A stretch of 64,000 bases of DNA, from NCBI GenBank assembly GCA_018060845.1, contig JAGOVG010000001.1, positions 86,070 to 150,069 of the forward strand, in the 5' to 3' direction. Position 1 is the first letter of the stretch. Each line of letters starts with the position of its first letter. Origin of the DNA: Candidatus Woesebacteria bacterium. Lineage in GTDB: Bacteria; Patescibacteriota; Microgenomatia; UBA1400; UBA12108. A program made the position numbers and the translations under genes. This document shows, in pieces, positions 8,477 to 18,308 of the stretch. The notes under the pieces were generated by a model. It was not told where the DNA came from. It did not search any database and saw nothing but the letters and a program-made list of their open reading frames with translations.

Positions 8477-10801
8477 TTAACGAGTCGTAGATACACAGAC
8501 TCCGTCTTTTATAACACCCTGCTGATTACGATTATTAGCATCGCGGCAAGAGTCACCCTCTCTAACTAAGGTGTCAGTGTTTAGCTGAGTACCCTCAGAA
8601 TCTTCTGAGCCTTTGGTGCCGCCATCTAGGTTACCGTCAAGATTTGGATCTACATTTAGACCCTGACTGTCGTTAGGCTGAGTTACATTTTCTATTAATC
8701 GCTTGACGGTGCTTCTCGCGAGACAGCCAATTCCTTCTAGTTTTAAGAAATTTACGTCACATTGTGCATTCTTATCTTGCAACTCAGGGTTTATTGACCC
8801 GTCTTCGTCAGGACAGATGTAGTAGCCTTTGTTGTTAACGGTAGCTCCGCGTAGTTTACAGTCAGTGTCTTTTTCGACAACTTGGTTAGTCTTACCGTCA
8901 GGCTTTTGAACGATTCTGACTGCGTCAGGACTTAAGGAACCTCCAGTTTCAACTTCCAATCTAGGGGTCTCAGACTGCTTGTCGGGACTAAATGTAGGAT
9001 TTTTGGGAACGCAAATTCCTTTATTATAGACAACATTATTATTGGAGCATTTTTCGCCTGCTTCGCATGTCCAACTTATTCGACATTCTTCAGGCGCATT
9101 GAACTGACCGGAGTTCTTGTCGGCGCCCAGATTACCTGTAGCATCCCCTGTCTGAGGAGCCGCAGGAGCATTGAACTGACCTGAGTTCTTGTCATTGCCG
9201 AGGGTGCCTGTAGCATCATTAGTTGAGGCATCTTCTGGGCAGGATGTGGTCTTACTAAGGTATCCTCCCGTACACACTTGAACTGTAGTATTTGCATCTT
9301 TATTGACATGGTCACCTGGTCGGTAACACTTCTTAGCGTTACTATCCCACCAACCGGCGTTATCACCGGAAGCACATTCCTGTGAGCTCTTTGGTTCGTT
9401 AGCGTTTGTGGCTGACTGGGTAGGACAGTTGGTAGAGAGGAATGGATACTTAACATTAGGCCTGCCGCCTACAGTCCAGTCACAGACATAATTGCCTGGT
9501 GTGACTTCATCACCTATTGGATAACACTTGCCATTTAAAGGGAAAGCGTAGAGTCCACAGTTGGAGCCAGTAGTTGGAGCACAGACACTTCCTTTAGCCC
9601 TAGTTTTGACTAATTTTGTGTCTTTAGGACAGATAATTTCTGTTTGCTTGTCAGGACTGAGGGATCCGGCAGTGTCAGCACCAGTTTTTAGAGCTACAGG
9701 GACCTTGTTGGAAGCTGGTGGCGCGTAGAAAGTGTCAGACTGCTTGTCAGGGCTATATAGAGTCGTTTGCACCCCACTAGTGTTTGTTAGGTTGGTTATA
9801 TATTTCCCATTTTCGTTGAGAGTTTTGGTTATAGTAGCGGTATTCTCGTCAATCTTTTTGCCTGCTGTGTCATACTTCTCAACTTTGGAGATCAAAATCT
9901 CATTACCTGTTGGAGAGACGATAGTTCTGGTAGTGGTGACAGTCTTGCCTCCATCAGCCAGAGTTTGTGTCTCTGTTTTTGAGGTTAAAGCATTACCCTG
10001 CCCATCACTGCCGGAGTAACCACCTCCTACATTTGAATCAAACATTGCGTTCATTGCATCAATTTTGATCTTTTGCTCTTCTTGCATGTCATCCCGATTA
10101 GTTCTCGGACTGGTTGGGACGAAACTCTTTGAGATCTCTGCGCCACCATCGTCAACTTTTTCGCCTGGGCGAACAGGTGTAACACCTGATGTGCTCTTGG
10201 TGATCTCTTGAGATGGCATAGATACTCTGCCATTTTGGTCTAGATCTTTCCCTGTTACTTCTTCTGCATACTTGATTGCCTCGGTGACAATTTTGGTGTT
10301 CTGAGTTGTACCACCACCTAGGTTGGCGCCCTCAAAAGCATTTCCATAGTCAGCTTTTGGAGAAGTCTTGGTGGTAGTAACACCCGAAGCACTACGAGTA
10401 AGCTCGGCTCCACCATTGTCTGTTTTTTCTCCTGTTCTTGTAGTTGTTACATTTTGACCTGCGGTTTGCGTGCTACCAGCACCATCTTCTGTCTTGCCAC
10501 CGTTTAATTTGGCTCCTGCAAACACATCATTACCATCTTTTGGTTTGGTAGTAACTGTGCCAGTTTTTTGAGTCGTTTCGGTTGTTTTGTTTAAGGTAGT
10601 TTTTGGCGTTGTAGTTGTACTACGAGTAACCGAGCCCATACCAACTAGATTGATTGATGCTTGTTCTACAGATTGAGTAAAGAGGTAAATACCAATAAAC
10701 ACAAATGCTGTTATAGAGAGAACAAGGAATTTGTTTTTCTTAACATATTTGATAAATATGTTCTCTTTATTCTTGGTTGTTTTGTGTGTTATTTTTTTCA
10801 T
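8477..10801 (-). CDS. Giant membrane-anchored Thr-rich/Cys-rich surface protein (paralog of 5562..8072)
   Basis: 774 aa. Same N-terminal architecture and FxGAxLxGG motifs as 5562..8072. Many Cys, repeated SPDKQ(S/T) motifs and a 24-aa tandem repeat. Confidence 0.6.
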   Translation of the reverse strand: MKKITHKTTKNKENIFIKYVKKNKFLVLSITAFVFIGIYLFTQSVEQASINLVGMGSVTRSTTTTPKTTLNKTTETTQKTGTVTTKPKDGNDVFAGAKLNGGKTEDGAGSTQTAGQNVTTTRTGEKTDNGGAELTRSASGVTTTKTSPKADYGNAFEGANLGGGTTQNTKIVTEAIKYAEEVTGKDLDQNGRVSMPSQEITKSTSGVTPVRPGEKVDDGGAEISKSFVPTSPRTNRDDMQEEQKIKIDAMNAMFDSNVGGGYSGSDGQGNALTSKTETQTLADGGKTVTTTRTIVSPTGNEILISKVEKYDTAGKKIDENTATITKTLNENGKYITNLTNTSGVQTTLYSPDKQSDTFYAPPASNKVPVALKTGADTAGSLSPDKQTEIICPKDTKLVKTRAKGSVCAPTTGSNCGLYAFPLNGKCYPIGDEVTPGNYVCDWTVGGRPNVKYPFLSTNCPTQSATNANEPKSSQECASGDNAGWWDSNAKKCYRPGDHVNKDANTTVQVCTGGYLSKTTSCPEDASTNDATGTLGNDKNSGQFNAPAAPQTGDATGNLGADKNSGQFNAPEECRISWTCEAGEKCSNNNVVYNKGICVPKNPTFSPDKQSETPRLEVETGGSLSPDAVRIVQKPDGKTNQVVEKDTDCKLRGATVNNKGYYICPDEDGSINPELQDKNAQCDVNFLKLEGIGCLARSTVKRLIENVTQPNDSQGLNVDPNLDGNLDGGTKGSEDSEGTQLNTDTLVREGDSCRDANNRNQQGVIKDGVCVSTTR
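9096..9239. repeat. Tandem 72-bp direct repeat (2 copies) inside the surface-protein gene
   Basis: GCATTGAACTGACC(G/T)GAGTTCTTGTC... recurs at 9096 and 9168. It encodes the 24-aa repeat ..GxLGxDKNSGQFNAP. Confidence 0.7.
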
Positions 10802-10828
10802 GAGTTTTGACCCCTTTTGTGTCGATAA

Positions 10829-11209
10829 TTACTGAGTAGAAAGTACTTCTAATTTTGTTAAGATTAGACTTTGTGAGGAGGTAGCTGACTCGGCACTGAG
10901 CATACCTGTGACACTGACTTGTTTGCCTTCGAAACTATCTAGATTATCGGACGTGGATAAGAGAATGGCGTTTCCGCTGAGATTGAGGAGATAGTAGCTG
11001 CCTTTGACTCCAGCAGGCGTATCTTTGATAAGTACTCCCTCAAGACTGACGGTAGACTGGGAGCCGATTAGGTTAATGTCCACAGGCTTGGTCATCGAAG
11101 AAATTAGTGTGCCGACCAGTACGACTGATAGAACAGCTATAACTACAATTTTAGTTTTACTGGTTTTATTCTTACTAGTGTTACTTGAGTATTTATTGGT
11201 TTTTTTCAT
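10829..11209 (-). CDS. Small membrane-anchored protein (paralog of 8075..8461)
   Basis: 126 aa, N-terminal Lys/Ser-rich stretch plus TM helix. Sequence pattern similar to 8075..8461. Confidence 0.45.
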   Translation of the reverse strand: MKKTNKYSSNTSKNKTSKTKIVVIAVLSVVLVGTLISSMTKPVDINLIGSQSTVSLEGVLIKDTPAGVKGSYYLLNLSGNAILLSTSDNLDSFEGKQVSVTGMLSAESATSSQSLILTKLEVLSTQ

Positions 11210-11335
11210 ATTATCTCCCGCAGAACATAGATAATATCTCTATCTATTGTTTGCAATATACTATGTATCACTTAATATTATTTTGGGTGTAGTGTCAAGT
11301 AGATTGTTTTTATTTTTTCGGTCTCATTAATAAAT

Positions 11336-11358
11336 AACCCCCTTGTGCAAGGGGGTTA
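11336..11358 (-). terminator. Intrinsic terminator downstream of groEL (palindromic, possibly bidirectional)
   Basis: Perfect 9-bp stem AACCCCCTT-GTGC-AAGGGGGTT followed by T-rich ATTTTCTTG. Confidence 0.6.
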
Positions 11359-11389
11359 TTTTCTTGTCTTGAGTAAAGAAGTATTAGTT

Positions 11390-13078
<1,689 letters not shown>

Positions 13079-13100
13079 TTAATATTTAATGTGCTCAACT

Positions 13101-13403
13101 TTATTTTATTGTTGCTAAGATGTCTTCGAACTTTAAGAATTGATATTCGGTGTCATTAATCCGGACGTCGTTACCACCCCATTTTTTGTAAACTACTCTA
13201 TCGCCTACTTTAACTGGACTCTTGACCTCTTTGACGCCGCTCTCCCAAACCGAGTCACCGACGGCGATGACTGATCCTGCCTGAGGCTTTTCGTCATGGC
13301 TATCTGGGAGATAGATCCCACCTGCGGTCTGAGTGGCTTTTTCGGTTGGCTCGACCAAGACATATCCTGGCATTGGAGATAATTTTTTTGGATCTAGTTG
13401 CAT
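13101..13403 (-). CDS. groES: Co-chaperonin GroES
   Basis: 100 aa with PMPGYVLVEP...AGGIYLP...GSVIAVGD. Immediately upstream of groEL. Confidence 0.92.
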   Translation of the reverse strand: MQLDPKKLSPMPGYVLVEPTEKATQTAGGIYLPDSHDEKPQAGSVIAVGDSVWESGVKEVKSPVKVGDRVVYKKWGGNDVRINDTEYQFLKFEDILATIK

Positions 13404-13440
13404 AACTTCCTCCTGTTTAATAGTTAAATATACTTCTAAT

Positions 13441-13467
13441 TAGCAGTGTGTGACTGCGAGTGCTATG
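13441..13467 (-). promoter_or_regulatory. CIRCE-like operator upstream of groES
   Basis: Minus strand reads ATAGCACTC-GCAGTCACA-CACTGCTAA, matching CIRCE at 8/9 plus 7/9 positions. It overlaps the -10 hexamer TAACAT. Confidence 0.55.
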
Positions 13468-13495
13468 TTAGCAAAAGGTGGGATTGAGTGTCAAC
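13466..13495 (-). promoter_or_regulatory. Sigma70-like promoter of groES-groEL
   Basis: Minus strand has TTGACA (13495-13490), an 18-nt spacer, then TAACAT (13471-13466). Confidence 0.45.
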
Positions 13496-13519
13496 TGCTG
13501 TTAGTAGATCAAAACCAAG

Positions 13520-14341
13520 TTAGGCGGTAAAAACATCTTTGTCAGGGAGGCGGAAGAGTGGCTCACCCAAACGCTTTTGGTCGAGGTAGTGAGCGATCAA
13601 ACCAACAGAGCGAGAGAGGACAAAGATAGCATTAAAGAATTCGCTCTCGATTAAAGAGGCAAGCTCATCTCTCGTTAACTGTTCTTCGTGACTAAGCAAA
13701 TCAAGCATGACAGCTGCGAGGGTACCGTCGACGTTTAATATTAAGTTTGGTTTTTTGGCTGTAGTTAATTTTTCGACTGCTCGAGCAAAATCGAGGTGAG
13801 GATGAGGGATGTCTTGATTAAGATCTGATAAGAGTGAGACACGTGGATCGGGTGCATCGAGTCTGTATTTGCGATGACCAATACCAGGAATATACTCTTT
13901 TCGCTTGGCAAAATCTTCGACGAGAGTGGTTGGGTCGACACGGGGGTCGACCCCTACAGATTCAAACCATACCTTGGCGGCACCATTTACCGCGCCACCA
14001 AAACGAGGGCCAATAGTCAGGAGTCCGGCAACCAGAGAACTGACCAAGTCTTTGCCGGCGCGTGCAGTAACCATGGTGTTGACCGCACCTGAGACATAGG
14101 GACCGTGATCTACCAATAAGCGAAGTGCAAGATCAATCACTTTCTCTGTCTTTTTTGACTTTAGCTCTCGACCGAGCCAGAGACTACCAACAATCCAAGA
14201 TAGAGATTGGGTGGTAGCTACGTTGGTCAGATTTTTGCCTAGAATAGTGGGATCGCCACCTACGTCTCCACTAATAGTTGTGGTAAAGAGGGAGTGGGTG
14301 CGGTTGTCTAGGTTGTCCATAGTATGCAGTTTATCAGACAA
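13520..14341 (-). CDS. aclA: ATP-citrate lyase, citrate-synthase-like (citryl-CoA lyase) domain, encoded as a separate ORF
   Basis: LVDHGPYVSGAVNTMVTARAGKDLVSSLVAGLLTIGPRFGG...GIGHRKYR..PDPR...KKPNLILNVDG...LIAHYLDQKRL aligns closely with the C-terminal domain of eukaryotic ACLY and bacterial AclA. Confidence 0.8.
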   Translation of the reverse strand: MSDKLHTMDNLDNRTHSLFTTTISGDVGGDPTILGKNLTNVATTQSLSWIVGSLWLGRELKSKKTEKVIDLALRLLVDHGPYVSGAVNTMVTARAGKDLVSSLVAGLLTIGPRFGGAVNGAAKVWFESVGVDPRVDPTTLVEDFAKRKEYIPGIGHRKYRLDAPDPRVSLLSDLNQDIPHPHLDFARAVEKLTTAKKPNLILNVDGTLAAVMLDLLSHEEQLTRDELASLIESEFFNAIFVLSRSVGLIAHYLDQKRLGEPLFRLPDKDVFTA

Positions 14342-14374
14342 TCAGAATACTCGGAGAGTCTGAGATACGGATAA

Positions 14375-15331
14375 TCAGATTTTCAGATTATTAACAAGAT
14401 CAATGAATTCAGAGAAGGAGTTACTTACCTGAAAGCCAGCTTTTGTTAGCGCCTCACGCTTGGCGGTGGCAGTGACCCTATCTTTGTCGGCTTTGGCTTT
14501 GGCGTGACCAAACTGGGGTGATTCGGGGAAGAGGCTAGAGACGGTTCCGGCAATGTGAGCTAATACTTGCTTGGTAAATCTTCCTTCTTCTTTTAGTTTG
14601 ACCAGATCATATTCGTCCTCGCCACCTAGCTCACCATAATAGAGAACCGATTTTGTCTCTGGATCATTTTCGGCTAGTATAAAGGCGTCTCTCGGTGATA
14701 AAACAGGAAAGCGGTCACCACCAAAGCTAAGGGCAAAAGACAATCGAGCGCCGCCACTGGTTGCGATATTAATTAGCTCGTTGGTCATACCACCACTAGC
14801 AGATAAAACTGCCACACTACCCGGTTCTGTAAGATGTGACTCGTTGATCTGGACCGGCGTAATCCCACCGATTGGCCCGAGCTTGAGAACACCGGGAACC
14901 AGGAGGCCGACTGATGCAGGTCCTACTATTAACTTTGAAGAGTCACTATTCAACTTGATAAGGTTTTGCGAGTGCAGCTCGGGAACATTTTCGGCAAAGA
15001 GAGCGGCGCCACAAGCGTGTGGTAAGTGCTTGAGAAATTCTTCTGTACTAGATAGCGTGCGGCGACCTGAGAGGAGGTTGAGGAGCCAGAGATTTGAATT
15101 CGAATTTCGAAGTTCGAAATTAGTAATTGAAGTAAGGGTGGGAATAAGAATTTCTTTTCTACCCCAGAAATACTTAGCAAAACCTGAGCGGCCAGTGACT
15201 ATCCCTAGAATACTGCCCTCCCTTTTGCCAGATAAATAATCAAAATCGAGGATGCTCTGAATGATCCCGTCGTGGTTACCTAGGACTAATATTTTGTTGA
15301 TGCCACTTCTGATGTCTTCAATACTAATCAT
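14375..15331 (-). CDS. aclA: ATP-citrate lyase, CoA-binding/phosphohistidine domain (succinyl-CoA-synthetase-alpha-like)
   Basis: ILDFDYLSGK, YFWGRKEILIP, PGSVAVLSASGGMTNEL and catalytic-His motif QFGHAKAKA match the ACLY central region. Confidence 0.8.
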   Translation of the reverse strand: MISIEDIRSGINKILVLGNHDGIIQSILDFDYLSGKREGSILGIVTGRSGFAKYFWGRKEILIPTLTSITNFELRNSNSNLWLLNLLSGRRTLSSTEEFLKHLPHACGAALFAENVPELHSQNLIKLNSDSSKLIVGPASVGLLVPGVLKLGPIGGITPVQINESHLTEPGSVAVLSASGGMTNELINIATSGGARLSFALSFGGDRFPVLSPRDAFILAENDPETKSVLYYGELGGEDEYDLVKLKEEGRFTKQVLAHIAGTVSSLFPESPQFGHAKAKADKDRVTATAKREALTKAGFQVSNSFSEFIDLVNNLKI

Positions 15332-16455
15332 TGTGACCTCATGAGATAATTATTTACTTCGGTTACTACCTGAGTAAGAGGCGTCTCGTGACCATAGACA
15401 CACCCGAGGAGACTATTGTCGCTTAAGAAGTCGTGCATTAGCTTGAGTCCTGCCGCTTCGTTAGGACCGCCACGCCTGACAAACACTTTGACGCCGCTAT
15501 TGTTTAGTGAGTCTTTTTGCTCAGATAGAGCTCTGATTATTCCTTTAAACGTCTTAGCTACATCGGTAAAGTTGGCGACGCCGCCAGCAATAATTATGGC
15601 TTTTGGCGTTTTGTTTTTGATCAAGAGCATTTGCTTGAGAATAATTTTGGTATAGGAGTAGACGTCGTCGTCAGTTGGGGCACCACTGTACTCACCATAG
15701 TTGGCGAGCTGACCACCTAGACCTAGATCTGCGACTTCGTCGGCGAGGACTAGGCTAGCCCCACCCCCCGAGAGGAGCATCCAGATACTTCCATCCGGAT
15801 TTATAAGATGAAACTTAAGGCTAGCGGGGGTACTGTTATCCAGCTCGGCGATAGCCCGCTCTGACTCTGAGAGGAGTCGATCAGGGATTGCGGGGAGAGT
15901 AGAGCCAGCAGAGTCGATCTCAGCAGCCATATCGAGTGGAATAATTTTTTCACCCCTAATTACAATCGGATTCATCTCTAAAAAGGCGATATGGTGAACA
16001 TCGAGTTTGGGGATTAACTCTTGATTAATAAACTCTTCGAGGCGAGTCGGGAGTTTGTCGGTCACACTATCCCAGTGAGACTCGATTTCGACCCCACCGC
16101 TTTTACTATATTTGATATCCCAACCTTCACGTGCGCGAGTGAGTGACAAATATCGCTCCGCCCCGCTATCGTGCTCGTAGACTGGTTCTATTAAAAAATT
16201 GGTCCACCCCTGCTTGGCCCAGTCCGCAGTTACCGATTGGACGTCTTTTGGAGAAATATTGATTTTGACGAGACCTAGTTTGCCTCTTTTTTTGATCCCT
16301 TGGTCGACCTTGAGGACGAGGTTGGTGTCACCAAAGTGTTTTTTTATCTCAGATGCAGTAGTTTCCGCAGTCGCGGCAAGACCCTGGAATTTGAGATCAA
16401 AAATGGGATAGAGAGTAGTCTTAGCTACAAATTCGGAGATTTTTTGTCGGGACAT
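15328..16455 (-). CDS. aclB: ATP-citrate lyase, ATP-grasp subunit (AclB-like)
   Basis: LVLKVDQGIKKRGKLGLV, FLIEPVYEH, LINPDGSIWMLLSGGGASLV, LANYGEYSGAP and VFVRRGGPN give near-collinear identity with the ACLY N-terminal ATP-grasp region. The ATGA overlap with the next ORF suggests translational coupling. Confidence 0.85.
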   Translation of the reverse strand: MSRQKISEFVAKTTLYPIFDLKFQGLAATAETTASEIKKHFGDTNLVLKVDQGIKKRGKLGLVKINISPKDVQSVTADWAKQGWTNFLIEPVYEHDSGAERYLSLTRAREGWDIKYSKSGGVEIESHWDSVTDKLPTRLEEFINQELIPKLDVHHIAFLEMNPIVIRGEKIIPLDMAAEIDSAGSTLPAIPDRLLSESERAIAELDNSTPASLKFHLINPDGSIWMLLSGGGASLVLADEVADLGLGGQLANYGEYSGAPTDDDVYSYTKIILKQMLLIKNKTPKAIIIAGGVANFTDVAKTFKGIIRALSEQKDSLNNSGVKVFVRRGGPNEAAGLKLMHDFLSDNSLLGCVYGHETPLTQVVTEVNNYLMRSQ

Positions 16456-16465
16456 GGATATTAGT

Positions 16466-17023
16466 TTACCCTACACTCATCTCAGAGAGCAAAACGCCTT
16501 CACAGATGAGGCCGCGGTTCTGAAACTCTATATTGAGCTCAGTCTTGAGACGTGATTCGAGGTCGGCGCGTGAGGTCTTGATATTAACTGCGTCGACTGT
16601 GGTAAAGACTGCGGAGATCTTACTGCGACTAAATGGGCGGATCACTTTGCTAACAAAACTCTCCCCTATATTCTCCCAGAGTTCAGGAGCGTTTTGTTTG
16701 TCGATACGGAAGAGAATGCTACCCTCAACGATTACTTCTTTGCCGTCTTTGGTGCTAGTTTTGATTGGTTCATCCCCCAATTTTTCTTTGTTGCTTAAAT
16801 CAAAGCCTTTGTGGATCGTATATTCGAGAACCTGAGCGTTAAAGAGTTTGGCGATCTGCCAAAAAGGGATCTTAATATGAAGTCCTGGACCATAGACCTG
16901 CTTGAGGACACCTCGACCACGATCATAAAGACAGGCCACATGACCAGGTGGAACAGAGATAAAGAAGCCGCCTACGACCTCGTCAGCCAAAAATGACACC
17001 ACAAGATTGTCAAACATAAGCAA
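16466..17023 (-). CDS. SPFH/band-7 domain protein (short)
   Basis: VPPGHVACLYDRGRGVLKQVYGPGLHIKIPF, typical of the SPFH N-terminus. At 185 aa it is shorter than typical prohibitin/stomatin homologs. Confidence 0.5.
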   Translation of the reverse strand: MLMFDNLVVSFLADEVVGGFFISVPPGHVACLYDRGRGVLKQVYGPGLHIKIPFWQIAKLFNAQVLEYTIHKGFDLSNKEKLGDEPIKTSTKDGKEVIVEGSILFRIDKQNAPELWENIGESFVSKVIRPFSRSKISAVFTTVDAVNIKTSRADLESRLKTELNIEFQNRGLICEGVLLSEMSVG

Positions 17024-17029
17024 ATTGTA

Positions 17030-17821
17030 TCATGTCGTATGTGATTGCGCGGGTGGAGGGGTTGGTTCTGTGGGTGGAGTTGGCAGCTGTTCCTCTGGTG
17101 GTTTGGGAGTTAGTCTGGTCATCAACTTGTTCCCCCAGTCCTGAGCTAAGCGAAATGCGTTGTAGAGAGCAGAGATCGAGAGTGAAGTAATAACAAAGAG
17201 TTTTTTGCCTGAGGGGAGGAACATAAAGATAATATAGCTACCGATCGGGAGCACGACCTGGAGCAAGATCTTGTCTTTGCGTGACACTGGGAGGGGTGAG
17301 CGCATGGCAATAAGCACCTCGACCACAAAAATCATGATTGATTGGACTAGGTTGAGATAGGCGTTGGTATGACTAAGATCGTACTTGCCTAAGAAGAGCA
17401 AATTGATCGAGTCAGGGTGTGGCATAAAGTCGTATAGTAGATGAAAGTCTTTGCCCTCTAGGCCGGTCGCAAAGATGCGATAAAGCATCAGGATGATACC
17501 GAGCTGGATCAAAATGTTGGTAGTGGTTGCGAGGACAGTTCTGATGTTGCTGCGCATCACTACTCGAATTGCTTCTTTTTGACGGATTGGCTCATGGGCA
17601 TACAGTTTTTTGGCTTCTTCGATCTTGTCGATTATTTTCTGCTTTTCTTCTTCGCTCCGCTCCCCTGCGATGGTTAGAGGAAATGTGAGGATGCGAACTA
17701 TGATTGCAAAGATTATGACAGCGATACCCATGTCGGCGAGATCAGGGGAGATGGCACCTAGGAGAGCGTAGAGGCCGACTAGGATATTAAAAAATGGAGT
17801 ATAAATGTATGTTTCGAACAT
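17030..17821 (-). CDS. YidC/Oxa1-family membrane insertase paralog with Pro-rich C-terminal tail
   Basis: RILTFPLT...ILIQLGIILMLYRIF...FLPSGKKLFVITSLSISALYN parallels YidC conserved blocks (compare yidC at 48815..49549). Multiple TM helices. C-terminal TPKPPEEQLPTPPTEPTPPP. Confidence 0.45.
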   Translation of the reverse strand: MFETYIYTPFFNILVGLYALLGAISPDLADMGIAVIIFAIIVRILTFPLTIAGERSEEEKQKIIDKIEEAKKLYAHEPIRQKEAIRVVMRSNIRTVLATTTNILIQLGIILMLYRIFATGLEGKDFHLLYDFMPHPDSINLLFLGKYDLSHTNAYLNLVQSIMIFVVEVLIAMRSPLPVSRKDKILLQVVLPIGSYIIFMFLPSGKKLFVITSLSISALYNAFRLAQDWGNKLMTRLTPKPPEEQLPTPPTEPTPPPAQSHTT

Positions 17822-17830
17822 GCCAAGCTA

Positions 17831-18301
17831 TTATAGCTTGGATTGTTGAATAATATTAGTTGTTGAGACTGCGGGGTTGTGTGTATAAACTACCTGCAGC
17901 TCGCCCCCATACTTTTCAACTAACTTGGTCTTTTTATCTTGATGAGCAGTGTGACTACTAACGGCTAAGATAGTAGGACGGACGCTCGCAATCAAACTCT
18001 CAAATGCGGCTGGGTTGTTAAAATCTTTATCAAGAGCAATCAGGTAATCGGCGTAGGGAGTTAGATGATCTAGGCGGGTGGATTGAGTCTCCACTGGTCT
18101 ACCCTCCCCCTTAAGGACTCTAGCACGCTCGTCTGACTCGACTGCAACTACTAATATGTCTCCTGCTTTTTTGGCAGCATTTAAAAAATTAATGTGCTCC
18201 TCGTGCAATAGATCAAAAAACCCGGTCGCGAGGACCAGCTTGTTATCAGTATTACGCAGCTGGGTAGCTATGGGCGCAAATGACTTGATACTGTAATGCA
18301 T
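17831..18301 (-). CDS. Cytidylyltransferase-like nucleotidyltransferase (HldE domain II / RfaE-like)
   Basis: LVLATGFFDLLHEEHINFL...GDILVVAVESDE...LKGEGRP, the HxGH-type motif of the cytidylyltransferase superfamily. Confidence 0.5.
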   Translation of the reverse strand: MHYSIKSFAPIATQLRNTDNKLVLATGFFDLLHEEHINFLNAAKKAGDILVVAVESDERARVLKGEGRPVETQSTRLDHLTPYADYLIALDKDFNNPAAFESLIASVRPTILAVSSHTAHQDKKTKLVEKYGGELQVVYTHNPAVSTTNIIQQSKL

Positions 18302-18308
18302 GCCTGAA

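Noticed and set aside
14781-15239. 152-aa + strand ORF antisense to the ATP-citrate lyase CoA-binding ORF
   Set aside because: Overlaps a strongly supported coding region on the other strand. No motif support.
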